From Atractiella rhizophila (lineage: Eukaryota), in assembly GCA_021432655.1 (NCBI GenBank), contig MU271328.1, forward strand, positions 62,001 through 91,465: a stretch of DNA of 29,465 nt, given 5' to 3'. Shown here in pieces: positions 21,200 through 29,465 of the stretch. A model generated the notes under the pieces. That model saw nothing but the letters and a program-made list of their open reading frames with translations, had not been told where the DNA came from and searched no databases. The position numbers were made by a program, and so were the translations under genes. Position 1 is the first letter of the stretch. Each line of letters opens with the position of its first letter.

Positions 21200-22205
21200 A
21201 TTGATAGGGATTGCCCATCACATCATGTAGTTGTCATCTATGGTCTTCCTTCACGTGGTTCGTAGCCGTCCATATCATCCTATCGTCGACGTCTTCTGGG
21301 ACTAACCTTCTCCTAATACCCTGCCTCCACTCTCATCCACTCCCTATAATCCTCCTCCAGCCCGTACTTCTTGAGCCTATTACCACTGTGGATACCGCAC
21401 TCTTCAGCTCTGATAGCTCCTTCGTCCACACCTCTTCGCAAACCTTGACGGTGAGGACATGGGTAGGTAAGAGCTTTGAGGCGGTACTAAGAAAAGATGG
21501 AGACTTAAGAACACAAAGGTTGGAGGAACTTCCTCTCCAACGTCAATCGGAACAACTTCTGGACAGCAGCAACAATCGTGAAAAGGAACTCTGGATCGGA
21601 TTTCATTCATGCACTCGTCCACAACAACACCACATCCTTCGAGAATTGACAAAGCTTCTCTCCTCCATCACGCTTTGAACCTGAAATCGATGGAGGTTCC
21701 TACCGTGTTCTCAAGGAGTTTTGGCAGATTATCAGGCATCCTCTCCACACCATCATTGCCCCTGCCTACGAGATTGGAACCATCCGAAGAAGTGGAAACA
21801 CTTCAACACCATCATCTAACGGAAACCCAAACGGGTAGACTATTCCTTTCCAAAAGCCTACCGTCCCTTCAATGTTCACAAAGGTCTACGATGGTGTCCC
21901 GCTGGCAAACTTTCCTTTCCAAAAGCCCTTCTTCTGGATCATCATTTTGGTGGTAGACTAGGACACAGCTCATCTGATGCGCTGACATATGCCACTAGCG
22001 TCATTTTCGATGCATGGAGGACAAAACATGCAGTGGCGGCGGCTTTTCTTGAGGTGAAGGGAGTGTTGCTTCAGGTATCCACTCTTGTCCGGTTGGTGAC
22101 CCGAAGAAGGCAAGACTGGACCCAAAGTTCTTGATAATCGTGGGAGATTGGCTGAGGGGTAGATCAACAAGCTACACCTGCAATGGCTTCATGTCAGATC
22201 CATCT
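21200..22205 (+). pseudogene. Tad1-like LINE ORF2 fragment (linker plus RT N-terminal half), heavily deleted
   Basis: Read across frames: GWRNFLSNVNRNNFWTAA; IDGGSYRVLK; HPKKWKHFNTII*RKPKRVDYSFPKAYRP; HHFGGRLGHSSSDAL; AVAAAFLEVKG; WLRGRS. Confidence 0.88.
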
Positions 22206-24429
22206 TTCACCCATCCTTTTCCTTGTCAAGAATGCCAACTTACTTCGAATTCCAGATTTCAAACTAACCATGGGAGCAGGATTTATAGATGATATCTCCT
22301 TTTTTGCCAACGAAAAACGGTCCTAAGGTCTTTCTCGAATTTTTGAGAGAAACTGCACGTTTTCCGAATTACTTTCAGTAATCTATTTCCTTAAAACACT
22401 TCAGCATTCTCTACAATCAGCCCTCATTTCACTACATATTTCACCTTTCTTATTTTCTCTCTTAGAGTCACCTTTTGAGTAGATCTTTGTCCACAATTCC
22501 TGCACCCATTATCTCTGTTTTTACCCATTATCTCTGTTTATCTCTATTATAATCTTTGGGTTGCAGAGCTGCATAGTCTTGTACTCAGTAAGTTGGCTCG
22601 TTAATTGACAGGAGTATCAGTAGAATCCAGGAGGACACCTTGAGCAGTTGTTCTTGCCTGAGCTGCTCTCAAAGCAGGTGCTCTTGCTTTTTGAGCCAAT
22701 GTTAGTCGACTTGACGTGAAATTTTGCATTGTGCACTTCTCCGATTTTCTCACTTGTATCCCTTACCCCTACCAACAAGAAGGACACTTGAACATATATC
22801 TTAGCCTCTTCTATGGCGGATGGACAGAAGAAAATTTACATGAGTTAAAGAGGATAGCCAATCTGCGGGATGTTGGCTTTGAACTAGCTTGTGGAAATAA
22901 CGAATCAGATGAAATATTTTGGTTGTATGAGATTCATCATAAACATGACGATGAGTACGTGACGTTGGCTTGTGGATTTTGAATAGGACTCTACTCAATC
23001 TCTAGTATGTTAACTCAGCTGTGATGTAGTGATAAATTTGAGTACTACTAGTCATCTACACTGAATACACAGCAAGTGAACAATCAGCGTGGGAACGTTA
23101 TGAACGAGAGACATTATCGACTATAAGGCATTTCTGGATACGACGACGGGAGCTTTAATACTGACAAAAAGTAACTTAAATGTCACACGCCACAAAATGG
23201 ACGATGGCATATGATGATAATGTATCGGAAAGTTAGTCAAGCAGCCTTGCCAATATAAGCGGATAGAGAGTCCGGAAGACGACGCTGTGAAGTTGGAGAA
23301 CTACAGCCCGACATCTGTTTGCCAAAGATGCTGTTGAAGGATGAGGCAGCTGATTGGAGGAGAACTCACTAGAGACATGGATGCAAGAGTTGTATAGAGT
23401 AAGTACTTCATGAATATTTGAGCATTAGTGCAGACATTGTTCCCAGTATTTGGTCCCAAATTTGCCAGATTCGAGATACCGCAAAGTCAATTAAGCGTTT
23501 GCAAGTAGCGCGGAATCCAACGAACAAGGATTGTGCAGATATCCCGGCAACTGTCGATGAAGCCCGGGTCCATCAGGTGTAAGAGACAAAGCAACAATTG
23601 ACACTAGAGGACACCAGTTATGCAGCAACTACCATCGGCGGGAGATGATTTACTCAACGTTGCAACACTTAGGAACGCATGGCAGCATGTCAAGAAATTC
23701 ATCCACAGACACTACAATGTATTGCCCCTTCATATAGCCACAGACCAAGTAGTAGGCGACCTTTTTCTCTGTCACCGGAATGCTTTGGCCACCACGATGG
23801 GAGCTGCTGACCAGTCATAGCGATGTATCAGTCAAGCTGAGCCAATTAAAGCAGGAGCACACCTCTTGGCCGAATGTTGCCCGAACTTCCTGCCCCTATC
23901 TCGTTGTCGTAAATGGACACAGAAATGACGTTTGTCACTCTATATTCAACATCTTGACCGCAGACCAGTTGAATAATGGAATGACACATGGATGCTGTTA
24001 TTTCTGGAAGTTTGGAGAGACAATCTAATGTATCTAATGAACACAGCTTTTTTATGGGCTGGGAACAAAGGTGCTTGCTAAGCAATTTCCTCTATGTTGT
24101 CCTTTTCAGGCCATAAGGTCACGTTCCACAAAGAAAGAACCAAGGCACAGACAAACACTACAATCGGAGCTGCTTTCGGAGTGAAAAGGCTGGTGTGGAA
24201 TGATATGCCCCCAAGGGATTGACATGACTTTCAGAGTCGGTGCCCTGTCAAAAATGCTTTCCGGCTTTTGACAAGATTTACCAGCATTTTCCCCACTTTT
24301 TCGGTGTGATGGAAAACTTGCAAAATTTGGGTCAGGTTACGGATTTTTTTGTAGTTTTTCAGACACGCGAGAGACTGATGATTGGCGCAAAAACAGGAAT
24401 TTCCATTATTTTCCGAAATTTGCAGCGTT

Positions 24430-26780
24430 TTAACATCTGCCGATCCCGTTGCCACTCGTACCTGCACCTACTCCTTCTCCTCCTCCTACACCCTCCTGCA
24501 CCCTTCTGAACTTCAACCTCACAATGTTGTCGATGAGCCCTATGGCTTTGCTGCTGCTGTCTGAGTCGATGCCGATTGTTCCTTCCATCGCCGGTTCCAG
24601 TCCTGCCCCATTGAGTTTAGCAAAGCACAAACTTGCTGTATTGAACAAGATACAGACCGCTTTTTCAGCTTGTGAAAGCTGTGTATACTCCTTCTTGAAA
24701 TCTGGTTCTGCTACCAATTTGCCTGCAGCATGCTCTTGCTCACATTGCTCCATCTGAAACCGCTTGTACATCTCCCTATATGTGAAATGCATGTTTCAGT
24801 TACACAGAATTGCCAGCAGGCTGTTGACACACCTTCCGCCCAGGATACGCTTAGTCGTAGCTCCTTTTGTCGCTGGCAAGTGTCCAATATGGAGCGGTGC
24901 CTGCCACTTTTCAGACAAGCTTTGCGTATATTGAGGAAGCAGCAATAGCTTACCGCAACAGGTGTAAACGTGCGAGGTAAAGCTGTCCTTTCAGCGTATG
25001 GCCTCACGTTTGTCACTGGCACCTACACTTAGTGAGAATCATAGGAGATAACCGTGGAGTACAGACCTGGCAAGTCCACGCTATCCACCGTGTTGCTTTC
25101 TCGCACATCGGCTCCTGGGTAACTCACTGCTGTGCCGTTACGCTCTGTTGTTTCGAGTTGGCGTACTGGTACAGCACCTGGGCCAGTACGAGGGCTGTCA
25201 GCCGCGAAGCAGTCAGGCTGGACAACATAGATGTTGGTGGTTTCGGCAACCGGAAGAGCATCTAAATGAGACAACAATGGGCTGTCTGAAGGAGCAGTTG
25301 AAGCATCGGTTGTTAAGAAATCAACACGTCAGGAACGGAAAGAACATACGGTGGACGTTGACCGATATGCCTGCCCCAACTTGAATGCTGAGTTCCTCTG
25401 TGATTTTTGAAGTTGTAGAATCAGCGGCGCTGGAGTTGTTTGCGCGAAACGGAGTATGAGCTGGTCGGGTGATGTTGAGATTGGTGTCTATGCGTAATTG
25501 TTTATCAGTAAATGCACCAATGTGAAGTGCAAGTGCAACATTAGAAACGAGGGACAAGTTTGGAAAGAACATACTATTCTCTACGTCATTTCTTGTTTTT
25601 GGCAGCTCTCCACGAGCATCCGTGATGCTGAACCCAGTTGGTATGCGGTCTGAACAAAGAGGTAAGTGTTCATGTCACATCTTGAAGAGAGTGTCATACC
25701 ACTGGGGTATCCTGAACTCTGCAACGAAGGGTGGATCGGAATATCGGTGAAGCTGCTCAGTCTATCAGCTTCGTGAAAAGTAAAAGGAAAAGAATACGGG
25801 CTTTGATCCTGAAATAGAGCTTGCATTCTTCTTTGCATAACTTCAATTCTCTGCTCTTCGCTCCTTTCCTGTCGTAGAGGGAGTTAAATGCTGAGTCAAA
25901 GACAGAGCTGGTGGAGAGAGGGATCCTTCTTCTCCAAGTACCTTCCCCGCATCTTCCTCGACCTTCAGTCGCTTCTCGCGACGCCTATCACCAGCTCTGT
26001 AACGTTCTAATTGTCGATGTCTGCATTCAGCGAGGATGTGATCTGCCATGGCGTGTCCTTGACACTGCGTTAGCTCAGGAAACTTGCTTTCGAGCACAGC
26101 AACGCCTCGGATGCGATGAGAATGGAGAATCTGATGCCATATCTTCCGTTGATGCAAAGGTCCATCATACATGGCATCCAGAATCTCGCCAGCTTCTCGT
26201 TTGATGTCCATCACGCGTTCTTGAGGAACTTCCACGCCATTCAAGTCCCTCAACCATTCGTACTTCTTCCCCGCTCTGCCCTCAGCAGAAAGTTCTGAAA
26301 CTGCGATCTCCACTTCTTGAACTCCTCACGAGTGAACAGGAGACTGTGAGATGGCCTTTTCTGAGCTGGTCGGGGAAGGGTATACTGTTCATATTCCTCG
26401 GGTATGATAAACTGTTGAGAGCTGGTAGACTGGGTAGGAGCAGATTGGGGGTTTGTTTGCTGGCGTGACACTCGAAGAAAGATTGCACACAGCCAACCTA
26501 AGTGACACTTGTTGCCTTATAGCCTGCAGGATAAAAGCAAGGAACACGCACTGAAGGGACTCATTAAGGCTTCTGAGCCTTTCAACCTCTTTTTTCAACC
26601 CAAGATAAACGGAGTTTCCTGACTTCATCACCACATACATGAGGTATATCAAGCAGTTCATCCCGATATCTTCCAGCCTCTCATACTCTTTCTCCTGTCT
26701 GCTCCTTGCAATCTCCAACCTAACCTGGTCTAGCTTGTCTTTCACATCCTTGAACTTGCTAGACATAGCTGCTTCCACCT
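24430..26780 (-). pseudogene. Degraded multi-exon gene of unknown function (coiled-coil start, globular middle, low-complexity linker, short helical end)
   Basis: Consecutive minus-strand protein-like ORFs 26389-26778, 26250-26471, 25843-26313 (WLRDLNGVEV...LESKFPELTQC) and 24430-24792 (DFKKEYTQLSQAEKA), linked by frameshifts or probable introns. Confidence 0.45.
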
Positions 26781-27259
26781 CTTACAAGTGTCGAAGGATA
26801 ATCTTTTGAGCAAGAGTACAATCAAACCACAAGGGCAGGCTTCAGAACATAGATCTGCATGGTTGTGTCGAGGATATTGCTTCTTTGGTTTCTTCAGTGG
26901 GCGCCAGTATTGCTTTACCTTACTACACTTTACGCTTTACTTTATCAGTACAGTACTAGTCAGGGAAGGGACCAGGCTGTTTTACTGGGTATAGGTTCAT
27001 AAGTTTGTGAGTCTCTGGTGGCTTTCGAGAAAAGTTTGTCACTTCCTTCTTTTCTATTTTCGGTGCAAACAAGTTGCCAAAAAAAGCGAACTGCTGCCAA
27101 TAGAAACCCTCTGCACGATTACTTCTACAAGCTTCAAGGCAAGCCACTAATAATGGCAGACTCCATTGCCTTAGATGCTTGGCAGTGAAGAAGGCTGAAA
27201 TCGAGAACCATCTGTCAGCCCCAAGGAATGTAGAGGAGCGAAAGAGATACAACGAGTAT

Positions 27260-27750
27260 GGTACTTGTGGGTACTTGTGCCACAGGTAGCCGTGCACAAC
27301 AAGTTACAAATCAGCTGCAGAGGGTAATTTTCATCAGGGGTACCCGTTCATGTTCCCTGCTATGTACCTAAGAGTACTCATGAGCATATGTCCTGAAATG
27401 GCAGGTACCTGTGGGGTACTTGTTTGAAAGAGTTAAAGAGAGTTTTATATCAATTTTTGATCTTTTTCACATTCAAAATGGCTCTATCTGGCTCTGAGAT
27501 ACAAGTAATAGTGGTGTTTAAGCCATAAGTAATGCATAATAAGTCATCCATGTAAACTAATGTGCCTAAACTGTAAAATTATGTGGATGAGTAGAGTCTA
27601 AGTTAATACAAGGGTACCCGTGAGTAGTACTCATGAGTACAAGGATACCTGTGTCAAAGGTCACAACAAGTTACAAATCAGGCTTTAAGCAGATCGATAC
27701 TTGTGAGTAAGGGTACCCGTACTTGTGAGTCCTACTCGTTGGCATCTCTA
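27260..27750. mobile_element. Second copy of the hAT-type MITE, inverted relative to 14511-15009, with one TIR lost
   Basis: Reverse complement of ~14511-15001 with about 11 substitutions by eye. The right end CATCTCTA is intact at 27743-27750. The left TAGAGATG is absent and there is no TSD. Confidence 0.95.
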
Positions 27751-28099
27751 ATACCGTAATAAAACGGTGGAAGAGGACTCACTACTTTAGCAAGAGCTAA
27801 AGAGATGGCGAACCATCTGCGGGACTGCAAAAACATTGATGCTGAGCGTCTTAAATATGGCTCAGATATATCAGATGAGATGAGGACAAAGGCAAATGCC
27901 AAGCATCAGGTGATTTGGTCCTTATCTTCTGCCACTACACACTACAGAAGATGATGTGATGTGGCAAAGTCTGCTCCACGATTAAGTCATCTTCGAGGCA
28001 TCGCATCACAGCCTTCCCTGCCTCATACCCATCTGCGTCCTCCTGCTCCTCCTGGTGCTTCCTCCACATAGTTTTCTCAGACTAACGTCCCTGTCTTTG

Positions 28100-28250
28100 T
28101 AGCCCCCTCCATGCCTTTGTTGAGCAAAGAAGCAGAAGACTGGAAGATGGCTGTCCCATAATCTTCTGGGTTTCTTAGCAACACCGAATAGCAGGATGTA
28201 GACAAATAGAGATCGCATTGTAAAGCCATTCTTGACCATGTGCACTTCAT
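28100..28250 (-). pseudogene. Possible Helitron RepHel fragment (region between the Rep and PIF1 helicase domains)
   Basis: MRSLFVYILLFGVAKKPRRLWDSH resembles the LR.LF..IL......P..LW motif. It is very short and is cut by the LTR at 28251. Confidence 0.4.
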
Positions 28251-28496
28251 TGTTAGGGCTCACACTCTATACAGCTATCTAATAGGGAGGATGCCAAGTA
28301 GAGTGTATATCCTAAGAGAACCAATCTGGATATCTCACTCTATTGGCAGGGTATTTATACATAGACAGCCACAAGTTCCAGAATGTTCCAGCATATTGCA
28401 GCGTTAACTCTATTTGCTACCTGCCTGATAGAACCTTGTAGACCATTTGCCACATATTCCAGAACATGAGCCATGCTCCAAAAGCGAGACCTGACA
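28251..28496 (-). mobile_element. Probable 3' LTR (246 bp) with adjacent polypurine tract
   Basis: Termini TGTTAGG / CCTGACA form a near-perfect inverted pair. 28497-28505 reads AGGAAGAGG on the minus strand immediately before the LTR. A minus-strand TATAAATA lies near 28352. Confidence 0.6.
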
Positions 28497-28509
28497 CCTC
28501 TTCCTAGCT

Positions 28510-29157
28510 AAGAAGGCCCCAATTGAGTGATAAGAGCAATGAAGGTGTCTATGGCCTCCAATAGAGTGGGCGAGTTTGGAATGGAGACACCGATGAGAAA
28601 CTGAGAAGTTAAGGGTCCATACAAAGCAGGTCAGATGCCATAATTTCTATGAGAGGAAATCGGAAAACAGGAAAATGCGCACTCATAGGGATCTATATTT
28701 GACAACATCCTCACCATGGCTGAGGATGATAAGGAAGCAGCTGCTATGAACAAAGAGCTTCGGAAGCATGACAGACTCAAGGATGAAGGAAGAGCTCACC
28801 AGTTCTTAGGTATCTGCATAACCCAGTCTAACAATAGAATCTCCCTTGATCAACAAGCTTGTATGGAGAGCCTGCTGGAGAAGTTTGAAATGGAAAACTG
28901 AAAGGCTGCTGCAACGCCATTCGAGCTTGGAGGGAAGTTAGAACCGGCTATGAATGAAGGGGAAAGCAGAAATGTAGATCCTGGAACAGCTGTTACAGGG
29001 AACTAGTCCGCTTCCTCCTGTATCTTATGATAGCGACACGGTCGGACCTTGCCTTAGCCATCAGCCAAGTGACTTAATTTGCAGAGAATCCCTTACCTCA
29101 ACTCTGAAAAGCAGTTAAGAGGATCTTTTGATACCTACAAGGCACAATGGAGTTTTA
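28510..29157 (+). pseudogene. Ty1/Copia reverse transcriptase (RVT_2) fragment
   Basis: GVYGLQ*SGRVWN; IGIY(frameshift)DNIL; LKDEGRAHQFLGICI; LDQQACMESLLEKFEM; LLYLMIATRSDLALAISQ; KAVKRIF*YLQGT. Confidence 0.93.
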
Positions 29158-29465
29158 AAATGCTCTGGTCCTGAGTTGTATTCTAGCCTGTCACTTTGTA
29201 AGATGTGAATAATATTTCTCTACAATTTACACACTTTGTATACTTATGAGGGATTTGAAAGAGTAAAGCGGTAACAAAGCGAAACACAAGAAAAAGGAGC
29301 AAGTAAACAATCAGGATAAATAATGATCGATAATACAATGTTAGTTCAAGAACAATTACCACTCAAGCGAGATGGAAGGATGAATTTTGAACTGTAACTA
29401 TCGGTCTACAAGTCAGTCAATGTAGTCAGTTTGTAGGCTAAACATGTGAATGTGCCATCGTTTAA

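Noticed and set aside
21843..21927. 16-bp direct repeat TTCCTTTCCAAAAGCC in the LINE RT
   Set aside because: It is real, but most simply a repair or slippage scar in a decayed element; no functional reading.
22716..24230. Short ORFs on both strands as genes
   Set aside because: No recognisable domain or consistent exon chain; left unassigned.
24232..27113. CAGAG...CTCTG as TIRs around the unknown gene
   Set aside because: Only 5 bp match and the flanks show no TSD.
14511..27750. A single 13.2-kb transposon with ~490-bp TIRs carrying cargo
   Set aside because: The left repeat has its own two TIRs and a perfect TSD, and the MULE frame continues right after it. The outer flanks (CGACCTCC vs ATACCGTA) do not match, so the block was not inserted as a unit.

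Overview
Eukaryotic DNA, most likely fungal and basidiomycete-like (inferred from ~46-65 nt introns and the transposon families present). The window is a dense nest of decayed transposable elements, and I recognise no intact cellular gene or RNA gene. It contains: CACTA/En-Spm-type transposase relics (1-472, 628-1660, 15785-17910); a ~160-bp satellite; Ty1/Copia pieces (3880-4709, 28510-29157); and a MULE transposase gene split by two insertions with precise boundaries. One insertion is a 4.7-kb Ty3/Gypsy element with 96-bp LTRs and a 4-bp TSD (8871-13557). The other is a 499-bp hAT-type MITE with an 8-bp TSD (14511-15009). Also present are a second, inverted MITE copy (27260-27750), a second Gypsy 3' end (6907-7417), two LINE fragments, a Myb/SANT (PIF/Harbinger-type) relic, LTR-like solos and a possible Helitron scrap. 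The most unusual object is the Gypsy family. It has tiny LTRs, no polypurine tract in either copy, mirror-image CA|GGTG(G/C)C inner LTR junctions, a hairpin over the PBS position and no visible protease. All family calls come from reading motifs by eye; no database search was run.
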